A stretch of DNA of 64,000 bases from Phallusia mammillata (lineage: Eukaryota). The notes under the pieces are model-generated. The model made no database searches, was not told the DNA's origin, and saw only the letters and a program-made list of their open reading frames with translations. Location of the stretch: contig OZ281496.1 in assembly GCA_965637545.1 (NCBI GenBank), forward strand, positions 4,092,001 through 4,156,000. Reading direction: 5' to 3'. The stretch's first letter is position 1, and every line of letters starts with the position of its first letter. Positions 48,869 through 59,929 of the stretch are shown piece after piece. Made by a program: the position numbers and the translations under genes.

Positions 48869-51800
48869 ATGTCAAGTCGACTATTAAAAGCGGCGCTTTT
48901 TCTCAGCGCTCTGAGTATGCTGCACCGAGGTTAGTGAATTGATTGATTTTCTTTGTAACTTTAACTTGTGTGGTATGCATGATAATCAAATTGTGGCAGT
49001 ACGGTAAGATTAAACTTTGCAGTGCTGTTTTCTGGAGGATCACGGGTGTAAGATTACTAGAAACATCTTTTAAAAGAAAAGCCCTGAATCAAAGCATAAA
49101 CTAATAAAATAAAAAGCTCATATTCCGCGTTATTTTGGTCACAAGTCGTTTTACAGCAAAAATAGTAGACCACTGCAAGTGTTAAAATAAGCACATCTAG
49201 ACAAGCAGCGGGGAGTCCAACATTGCAACTCCAGTCGCTACACCGCCATCATTTTGGTCCTTGGGTTTCGAACAGAGCAGATGTCCAGCAGCGTAATTCT
49301 CCAGCATCCAAGGTAGACTCCGTATATTCCTAATTCCGAAATAACTTCTTCCTTTGTGGCGGTTCCACCACAAATGGCATAGTTCGGAGTCGGTTTTGGA
49401 TTGATAAGATCCATGAGGGTGTAGGCACTACGTCGGCTGTCGTTTCCGATTTCTCTCAACAGTTTTGCGATGTCTTCGCCATAAATGTTGTTTCCTCCCC
49501 CTTCGCGTTGTGGTTTCAAAACATATTTTTGTGGATTTTCAATTGCCATCTTATATAATATGAGCTTTTATAACAATTGCTTATATAATAAAAAATGGCT
49601 CTGAAACAACGTATTGCGAGCGACAAGAGAGAAAAAACGGCGGGATTTGTTGAAAATTAATTACACAATAACAAAGGACATCCGAAAAGAATTGCGCTCG
49701 TTACAAAACGATCAAGCTGAACTAAAGTCCGAAATTTGATGGAGAGAGCGGACGTAAAATGTCGCGGAAAACCGGGCTGACAGCCCGCTGTTCTTGCGCT
49801 TTCTCGCTTGTTGCTCGCAATACTCATTCATTGCTCTGATGAAGCCTTGTCGTTGTGATTGGCGAAACGTTAACAAATACAAGTTCTTGAAACAACAACT
49901 AGTGTTTTGTTTAGCATTACACCAGTTGAATGACAAATTTGTTAGATATGCAATCTGGTGGACAAAATGCTTGTTCAGTATTTTCTATGATTTTTATCGC
50001 TGTTTACAACGAGGCATGTCTCGATGCGTCTTTCAATTATGAAAAAAAACTCTTTTAATATTTATGTGTTTTTTTGTTTGTACACCAACCAAGTAGTATC
50101 CCATATACCCGTTATGTCACATGTTGAATACCTTGTCATCATGCACAATGAGAGCTTTTCCGTTATATTTTCGAATATTACAATATATATTTTCTTAAGT
50201 TGAAAGCTTTGGAAAATGTTGGCTTAAACCAAATTGGGCGAAATACACCATCGTGTCAACACTGGTATATAGGGTTAGTTCGGATATCAATAATTTCCAC
50301 TATCCGGAAAACGGATATATATACGGATATTTTGAATTTAGCTATTCGGTTAACCAGATAATAATAAGCCTGTTACAAAATCATTCAATTGCGGCACAGA
50401 TTTCGTTTCAGTGTTTATAATTGTCCGGCATATATCAAATTTACGCTATTTAATTACTGCTTAAGCAGTGTAGTTCTGAAAAAGCATGATACATCAGTTG
50501 TTTCATATTTTGCCCTACAGTCAATTTTCAGAGAGAAAATAAGCCCCAAACTTTGTTATTAAACGTATACATTTCTTTTTCGAATCTCAAAATTTATCCT
50601 TTCGGGCAAAGCACCTTACAATGGATGCATTTTCTATTTTATAAGTGTGACTTCAATTCTCTCGTGAATTTTAACATCAGTATAGGGAAATGTACAACAA
50701 CATCAGTAGGGAATATGTACAACAAAGTGAATATTCGTATTAATTAGGATTAACATAAAGTCGTCTGTTGCATCTGTCACTGCACAGTAACTGCGTGTTT
50801 TCTAAAATTATGTTAAAATGCATAAAATGCTTACGCAGGCAGCTCTATTCTTTTGTTATTCGGTTAACCGACACAAAAATATACGGATATCGGATAGCAA
50901 AAAACTCTTCGGTTATTCGGTTAACCGGTTATCCGTTATCCGGATAATTCAACCCTACTGGTACAGGATGTATGGGAGCATAAGCATTTTATACTGTTTT
51001 ACTTTTAAATGTTTTTAGGTTCAAACACACAGTGTGGAGTGCGGAATGTAAGCGGTACCTCTCATTCTACAACAATTTCCTCCGCCTGTAACTCCTGGGC
51101 CCGACGATTTGTTTCCACTGGAGTTTCCTCGAGGTTAATTGCCGATTTACGTTCGGGGCAGCTTGCTGAAAACAACTTTTGTGAGGTAAAATTTTACAAA
51201 CGTTGTTCTTGAAATGATCTTAATTTGAAATTCACCCGTTCGTTACCTCGTACATTCGAATTTCATTTCTTACAATAAGGATTTTGATACGCATTCCTAA
51301 CCTCAACGTAAGCAAAAAAATAGATTTACGAGGGAACCGACGACCAAGGTAAATTGGTTGGAACGTTGGAAGGTGGAGGTTTTTCTCTTCCAGTTTTCTT
51401 TGAAAGCTCATCTGCATATATATCTTGTGTCACAAACCTCACATCGGAATCTGTGTGGTTTTATCTACAACCATGTAAGTCAGGCTTTCGATTCATTTAT
51501 AACCGAAACGTAAAGTATGTAGATGAAACATGGTTTCGTGTCGGTATCAGGAACAAATAAAATGATGTCAAATCTATTATTTTGCAGACAAACATAACAA
51601 TTAATGGAATAAAAGTATAATTTGCAAACATAGTTTTAATAAACAATCAAAGCGTAGTTTATGAGCGCTTTTCAAAAAGTAGTGATACTCCATTGCGTAT
51701 CGGATCGTCAACTAGACAAAAGTCACATGAAATTGACAACTCGATGTTCATAACAACTGCTTGGAACTATTTTTACTAGCTGCTAATCTTTTTGTGATTT

Positions 51801-54800
51801 TTAGTTTCTTGCGGGGAAGATGTTGCTGATATACCGTACAATTTACTCTCTCCAAGCTTTCCTAGCAACTACCCTAACTCTGTTGTTTGTGTTTGGAGAT
51901 TTCAAATGAATATCAGCACAACAATAGTGTTCCAATTCTCCACATTTTACACTGAGGGCTATACCGACTTTCTATACGTAAGTGTCTCAACGCATATTAT
52001 AAACTAATTTTGGGTTTGCAGGAGATGAAATCCAGACATAAGAAGATTTAGCGTGAAAAATGAGCGTAGTGTAAAGAAAATATTTTTTCTCTCATTATTG
52101 AAAATGGTAATATTGTCGACGCATATAATCGAGTGGAAACGGTTGGTCATTTTTAGGAGATTTTCCGCAATACGTATGAAATTAATATATGTTCATTTAA
52201 AAAAAACTGGATTTTTTAGAAACCTATTTATTATAAACTGCATTTCCAGGTGGAAAAATTGTTTCTAATATTAAGAAAAGCAATAAATATGCTTAAGGTG
52301 GCAGAAATCCTATTATTGTCAAGTGCCTAATTTAATGATATGAAGCTTGTGGCTTTTAGGAGATATGCGGACTTTTAGAACAATTATTAGGGCTATCAGT
52401 GGCTAAATATTAGCATTTTTTGACAAACCTAAAATAACTAAATATTGTACTGTTTTCAGTTCAAGAACGAAGAAGGTAAAGTGGACCAATTTTCCGGGTC
52501 GCTTGGGTCATTTAACCACACGGTGACAGCAACAAATCTTACTGTTGTGTTTGAGAGCGACTATAGCATTCAAAACAGAGGATTTAAAGCGACCGTAGGT
52601 GAGCTAAATCTGCTTTCAGGCACAAAATTTCGTAATGCAAATGTTAAAATTAAATACCTTGTCATACGGCACAACTAGAGATTTAGCGTTATGTTTTCGA
52701 ATATTGAATAATATATTTTGGTAAATATGAAAGCTTTGGAATGTGTTGACTTAAATAGCCAAATTGAGCAAAATACGCCGTCGTGCCAAAAGTGGTACAG
52801 AATGTAAGGGATCATAAGCTTTTTATACTATTTTACTTATAAATGATGCTTATATCATTTCGTTTCAGGCACACCGTGTGGATTTCATAATTCAAGCAGT
52901 AACTCCTATGGTGCAAGAATTTCCCCCAACTGTAACACATGGGGCCTACGATTTGTTTCAACTGGAGTTTCCTCTCGGTTCATCGCCTATTTCGGTTCGG
53001 GACAGCTTGCTGCAAACAACTTTTGTGAGGTAAAACTCTACAAACTTTGTCTTTAACTGAGATTAATTTGAAATTGTCCGTTCTTACCCCGTAGGTTTGA
53101 TTTACATATTTTACAATTGTTATTTAAATACTTGCTCTTAACCTCATGCGTAAATCGTAAACAAACAAAATCTAGATTTACGAGGGATCTGATGATCGAG
53201 GTAAACTGGCTGGAACGTTGGAAGGTGGAGGCTTATCTTTTCCGGTTATCATTGAAAGCTCGTCTGCTTATATATCTTGTGTCACAAACCTCACATCGGA
53301 ATATGTGTGGTTTTGGCTGAACCCACGTAAGTCAAGCTTACGATTCATTTATAGCCGAAACTTATGTAACCGAAATTAGTTGGGTGATCCCGAATTCGGC
53401 CTAGGATTTTTTTGAGGGGCGAGATGGTTATCTTTTACTAAATATAACTAGCTTACCCAACCCTAACCACAATTATAGCGGGATCCCCGACCCTAACTTG
53501 GTAAATACCGAAAACGAAACATGGCAGTCACAAAGTCACGTGATCTGAACACCCAATTACAACGCACAAGCGCAACACCTCGATATCTAAATCATTGGTA
53601 ATTGATTTGATTACGGCAATTGATTAAGGAAGTGAATGAAGCGCTGCATAAGAACGTGTTAAGTATGAAATGTGAAATACAAATACAAAAAATGAAGTTG
53701 AACAAAAATGTACGTAAACAATATTAACAAAAGTGTGCGTGGTTGATAATAGAAAAAGTTTACGTGATTAATATTAACAACATATAAACAAGTTACATAT
53801 AAACAAATAGTGAGGAAAATCATAGGAAACACAACTGTGTGATTAATGCAACAAACTATAACTATTAAAAGTGCTTAAATAAGACAAAGAAATGTTGTGC
53901 AATAAAGAAAGAAAATAACAATGTGTGTACGCGCACATTACACTTAAACCATGCAGATGAAACATGTTTTCGGTTCGGTAGGAACAAATAAAATGGTGTC
54001 AAATCTATTTTTTGCGCTCAAATATAACGAATAATTGAATAAAAGTGTATTTTGCCGACACAGTTTTAATGTACAATAAAAGCGTAGTTTATGAGCACTT
54101 TTCAAACAGTGGTGATTTTCCATTGCTTATCGGATCGGCAACCAGACATAAGTCAAAGAAAATTGACGACACGATGACCAAAATAACTGCTTAGGACTAT
54201 TTTTACTAGCTGCACTGTCTCAAGCTAATCTTTTTGTGTTTTTTAGTTACTTCGTGCGAGGAAGATGTTGCTGATATACCTTACAACTTACTCTCCCCAT
54301 TGTATCCCAGAAACTACCCCAACTACGCTGGTTGTATTTGGAGATTTCAAATGAATAGCAGCAGAACTTTGGTGTTCCATTTTTCCAAATTTTACATTGC
54401 GAACTGCTGCGACTCTTTATACGTAAGTGTCTCAACGTATAACATATCCTAAAAATCCAGGAGAGGGAATCCCAAAATGAGAATTTTTTGCGTGTAAAAT
54501 GAGGATAGTGCAAAGAAAATGTGTTTTTTCTCCCATTTTTTGAAAGGATAATATTGTTGACGCATATAATGTGGAAGAGTGGAAACGGCTTTTCATCTCT
54601 ATAAGATATTCTGACATACGCACTGAATTAATAGATGTTTTATTTTATTTTGGTAAACAGGATTTTTAGAATGTTTATTATTTATTCCAGTGCGGATTTC
54701 AGTGAGTTCCCTTCCAATATTAAGAAAAGCAAGAAATACCTTTAAAGTATCAAAAATCCAGATTTTCAAGCACCTAATTTGATTATGAGAAACTTGCGGC

Positions 54801-57800
54801 TTTAAGGAAGTATGCGGCCTTTTGGGGCAACAAGTGCGACCCTCTGCGGCTAAAAATTAACATTTTTATTGTGTTGAGTTCAAAAACGAAGCGATATTAA
54901 CATTTTTATTGTATTAACATTTTTATTGTTTTTAGTTCAAAAACGAAGCGGGTATTGTGGACAAATTTTCGGGGCGGCTTGGGTCATTTGATTACACGGT
55001 GACAGCAACAAGTCTCACTATCTTGTTTGTGAGCAGCTATAGTCATAGGTCGAGTACTGGATTTAGGGCGACAGTAGGTGAGACAAATCTCTTTTTAGGC
55101 GCAAAATGTAAACATGCAAATGATTAAAATACACTTGAACTCAGCCAGCATGCGTTATAGGTTAAGGGTGGTCTGAAAATAAATTTTCAATATATGTTTC
55201 AAAAACTTGAATTAACAAATTAAATTTGATGTGTTGAAGTAAATTTTAATCCACAAAAGGCAGAATAGTGCTCGAACTTCTATATTTCGTTCACAAATTG
55301 TTTTTTATATATATACAGTAGAAACACAATCATCAGTTGAATGTAGGACTGAAAACTTGATCATCAGGTAGGTTACTATTTTCTTTTTAATTATTTTGTG
55401 AAATTTATTGATAATTGTTGAAAGTAATATTCAGAAGATTGTTGAAAAAATTGTAGTACTTCAAGCATTTTGTTGTGCTGCCTGTTTTGTCATCAGCCTG
55501 CAATTGCTTGTTTTTTATTGATTGAGACATCTTTTACTTATCAGCAATGGGTCTTCTAATGGGATGCCGCTAGAAAAACTGCAACATAGTATAGATGTTT
55601 GGAAAATGAAAAAAATAACTGGTTGTCTAGACGGGTGACATTAAAACGCTGAATGGGCGGGATGGGCGGGATGGGCGGGACGAGTGGGCAACCGCTAAAT
55701 ATCGGGTAAATTGCTGACGGTTAGTGCTATTAGGGTTGGGTTGAGGTTTTATAATAGTATATGAATCAAAACAATGTCCCTGCCTAAAACTTATTCAGCT
55801 ATTTCCTGACATTCGGCAAAAATGCTATGGCGGGAGATTGCCTGACGTCTCAGGCGCAAGATGTTTAACTCGGTTGCGGAATGTATCCGGCGGAATTATT
55901 TTTAATGATTTTCTATTACAAAACCTTATCCCAACCTTAATAGCTCTAACCGTCAGCAATTTAACCCGATATTCAGCAGTTTTCACGACGTCCCGCCCAT
56001 TCAGCGTTTTAGTGTCACCCGTCTAGACTTATAAAATGTACATAAACTTAACAATCCAATATTCGCAGAGTAACAGCTTATCAACAGAACAGATTAGATT
56101 ACGAACTCGACGACACTCTTTACATCGCATTGGACAGGGATACCTCCCTTTCTCAACTCAATGACAGCTGCAAGGTCACGGGGTCAAACCCAGTGTTTAC
56201 GTTTGACATTGGCCAATGCAAAGGTGTTTTTAAGGTAAAATTGGATTTTGTTCTGAACTCATAGACTATATGTCCTTATTATTTTTTAAGACAACATTAT
56301 CCGTTTGGGGGTAATAATAAAGTGTAATAAGCTTTTATTGCTGCATAATAAAAAGCTGCCAGCTTTGAAATATGTAATTTTCGTGCTCTTATACAGAATG
56401 CAAACGGTACGGTGTCGGTGTCTTTCCTGATCTGGAGATACCTAGCTCCATCCCCTGCAGTGATCCAGCGTGACGTTCAAAACAAGCTCAATGTGACTTG
56501 TTTATTTGACGCGAACCTTCTTATCTCGTCATCCCAAATTAGTACACAAATCGGGTAAGGAAAAGAAAAACAAACCATTATATAACAGCTATAGAGTGGC
56601 ATTCGGCACAAGACAACATGTACAAGACACACAGTAGGTGTCATAAAACGTAACACGTGGTCTTTTGTTGACAACACTTGGAAACAAATTGACAAAAGTA
56701 AAACAGGATGTTGCACATGACAAAAACATCCAACCACTCCACGAATGGCATACGGCTGTGGACACATTACACACGACACAGAACACATAAATCTACCCTT
56801 GGCACAATACACCTGCCCCCCACGACATGAAATACGGTAAAACTATATCACATCTGCAACATGTCACAAAGCATGCACCCAACAGCACCTGCCACACTAT
56901 GTATGACACGGATCACAGTTTGTCTGTCCTTCTATTTTTCGGTAATTTCGGTTGTTATGTGCACTTTGCCATATTAGGTGGCAAAATCGTTACGGGGTGG
57001 CTTAGTACTTCTCAGATAATGCCAAAATGTTGTGGAGAGGGGGTTTGTATTGCTTTCTTTTGTAGATACAATTTCTGATACAATCAAAGCACAACATGAT
57101 GATACAAAAAAGGACAGAATTGATTCTGTACGTTTCTAAAGACATGGTTTTAATGAACTTTGTTATTTTGCTTTTAAAAACCCCGCGAGCACCTAAGGAG
57201 TTAAAAACAGTGAGCTGTTTGTTAAACTTTTATATGTTTTAGATTTGACGAAATTTTTGAAATTTTCAACGAATGCTTCAACGAGAGCTTGCCCAGAGAA
57301 GTAACTGTACCCACCTACATTTTTGCTAAACTTAAACTTGATGAGATCTCTGCAGCCGATGATTACTTTATTGTCCAGGTGAATTGAAAAAAAAACTGCT
57401 TTTTGTGCAAGAAAACATTGCATTCTTTGATTTAATATACATTATTCTGGCATCTTTGGTCTAGTTTGCAATTTATACTTGAAAGTGGAATACCTTTTTG
57501 CACAGCTGGAAGGCTGTTGGGCGACACGCAATGAAAACTCCGATAGTTTGCCGAGTTACCAAATTGTACAAAGCGGGTAAGATATACTTGAATTACCTCA
57601 ACACATGTTTTTCTTAGTAGCGAGTTTATTTGTTTAGTGATTAATTTTGTATCTGTATTTCACTATGATTAACCCAGCATCGAAACTATTAGATGCGTTG
57701 CGCCACCCAGTGGAGGAGAGGCTGCCGACGCGAAGGCGTTGATACGAAATTACGAATCCAACTTTGCAACTTTCAAGCTGATGAGCTTTGTGTGGACAAA

Positions 57801-59251
57801 CTTTACCGACGCAGAACAATTTATTTACATCCACTGCGACGTGACCGTCTGTCATAATTCAACTGGACAATGCCCTGGACAGGTGACTTGATTAAAGTAG
57901 AGTTTGTACTTGCAACAGAGAATAAAGTTTAGCAAAATAGTGTTGGTCGAAAAAAAAAGGTCAAGGAAAATGATATGTTTTTTTTTCAGAACAAAATTCC
58001 TGAGTATTGCTCTAAAACAATCGAGATAGTATGTCTCTAAATAACTTAAGAATTTATTTGGCGTTTGTGTCCAGTTGTAGCATTAAAATTATTAGTGTGG
58101 AATGGCTTTATATTCTGTTGCTTCCATACCAAAGTTTTCTAGGTTCGTTTGCCAATACGGTTTATTTCCTGTCACCAGTTGATTTTATGTGGCTAATCAG
58201 CAAAAAGGCTGAATGGTCCGGCGCGCCTGAATCATAACATAACCTTGATAGGAATTCGACCCCCATCCTATTTGGAATCCGAACCACAATAAAAATACGA
58301 GGTTTACTGTGTGTAGCTTACATACAAATTTGAAAGTAATTTTAACCCTTTTATTTGGTTGGAGTGCGAGCAACGGTAAATATTCCGCCACAGGCTACGC
58401 TGTCCTATCTTGAAATCGCTAGGGATACCGGCCCTTAATCGGCCTGGAGAACTATGATGTAAATATATGTGTGCCGGGATGGGCTTAATTCTGTATGACG
58501 CCTTCAATGAAACTGGTGTACAATGAAATATCAATATTTGTATGATTCTTTTTGCAGTCTTGTTCTGGTAAGAAACGGCGATCTGTTGAAAACAATCGCC
58601 GCAATCAACTGCTTTCTGCAGGGCCAGTACACATTGTTCAAGATACCGCTTTCCAACTTGGTAAGACAATGAGAAAAATTTAATCTCTTTTCTAGATAAT
58701 ATTGCTGATACACGTGCTTTTGCTAAACGAATTTGTAGTTCTAGCAAGCAAGTCGCACCTCTTGGGGCATAATGACATAAGTTTTCGAAACATTTTCTCG
58801 GTTTAATATACTGTGTCTTGGTGATTGATTAGTTGGATGTATATGTGATTAATTTGACTGCTAACATTACCAACCGCACCTTTTATTCGATTTTCATAAG
58901 TTGTTTTAAAAATAAGACTGTAACTAGCATTAAAGGACACATATAAAAGGCAAATAAAATAAATGTTTGTCACAAAATATATTTCATGAGTTCGAATCCC
59001 ATCACTTGTTTTCTTTTTTTTTGTATCCGCTAATCAATCAGTACAGTTCTTCCCATATTTTTTGCTATATTTGTTAATTATGACTTTTTGTCTCTTATAC
59101 AACAGGAGAAAGAAATGAAGCGATGGAAGGAGCCGGCAACAGCTACCAACTTGTGATGTTTGTTCTTCTGGCTGTGATTGTTATTGGAGCTGGTTACATC
59201 GTATGGGGCAAACTGACCCGGGATCGCAATGCGAGACAAAATCGCCAGTAG
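48869..59251 (+). CDS. Gene B2: signal peptide - (CUB-like - CUB)x2 - ZP - furin site - TM, 778 aa, 17 exons
   Basis: join(48869..48929,51019..51185,51324..51474,51805..51977,52460..52598,52869..53029,53176..53326,54247..54422,54936..55077,55322..55367,56069..56234,56397..56554,57243..57378,57506..57576,57693..57882,58558..58660,59106..59251) = 2337 nt, open. Three splice sites differ from B1 and are inferred. Confidence 0.78.
49197..49549 (-). pseudogene. GSS: Glutathione synthetase C-terminal fragment with a frameshift, in B2 intron 1
   Basis: YVLKPQREGGGNNIYG...ISELGIYGVYLG, then after a frameshift MLENYAAGHLLCSKPKDQNDGGVATGVAMLDSPLLV*. These are hallmark eukaryotic GSS motifs; no intron lies within the fragment. 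Confidence 0.85.
50270..50957. mobile_element. hAT-type non-autonomous element, 688 bp, in B2 intron 1
   Basis: TAGGGTT...AACCCTA ends; TSD CTGGTATA / CTGGTACA; subterminal CGGATA and CGGTTAACCG repeats; empty site in the duplicated cassette near 52795. Confidence 0.8.
53365..53942. mobile_element. 578-bp solo-LTR-like insertion in a B2 intron
   Basis: TGTAA...TTACA termini and apparent 4-bp TSD CTTA; absent from the equivalent introns of B1 and B2 cassette 1; its first ~250 bp match, inverted, the regions ~23020-23470 and ~47650-48120. Confidence 0.5.
55631..56022. mobile_element. MITE, ~392 bp, in a B2 intron
   Basis: About 30-bp TIR ACGGGTGACATTAAAACGCTGAATGGGCGGGA / TCCCGCCCATTCAGCGTTTTAGTGTCACCCGT; TSD CTAG (or TA); empty site gtCTAGactt in B1 near 27620. 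Confidence 0.85.
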
Positions 59252-59929
59252 ATGATTTTTTTATTATTCTTAGCATGGCATTGTTTGTATGCATGTAAAA
59301 CTGTTTCTTTCTGAAGATAAAAACAAATAACAAATTAAAGCTGTTTTTCATAAAGCTGTTTGTTAATTTAGTTATCAAATAAATATTATGCATCATTTCA
59401 CTTATTACATGCATCATTCATAGCTGACATGAAATTACTTTGTCAAAGTATTGTTGTGTATCTGTTTAACTGTTATATACTGTACAATATAATCAGATGG
59501 GGTCAAAACTGTGTCCTTTGAATTAGCTGATATCATGAGTCAGAAAAAAAAACATTGTTAAATATTTTAGCGTGGTAGCCTGTGTTGAGCGAGGTTATAT
59601 TGGATTTTCGCACAAACCAGGTTATAATGATCTCTGTATTTTTCGTTTTTTGTTTTGAAACACTATCTGTTTATGAGTATCTTTTGACATGTGGTAGAAA
59701 ACCACTGGTGGGGCATAATCTAGTGGCTTATTTGTTTATGCATTCATGCCAGTATCTAAGTCTCATTGTTTTGAGTTCCATGAACGTCAATCGCTGCAAT
59801 CGCATAACCCACGCAACAATCGTGACGTAATAAAGAGATAGCAAACAGTAAACAGGAAAGAAGGCGTTGATAACTGATCTTAACCATTGTCTTTGTACTG
59901 CCAAATGATTAGCAAAGAGAAGTTAGTTG

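Noticed and set aside
54850-54950. Short tandem duplications of the acceptor and first bases of B2 exon 9 (the second exon-5 copy)
   Set aside because: A local slippage-type duplication; the upstream copy has a weak gttgAG acceptor and runs into a stop.
57066-57128. Possible foreign exon (DTISDTIKAQHDDTKKDRIDS) inside the B2 intron
   Set aside because: It has a stop in the phase required by B2 and no supporting partner exons.
14389-59251. Assigning the symbol CUZD1, or a named species
   Set aside because: A shared domain architecture does not establish orthology, and the taxon cannot be determined without database searches.
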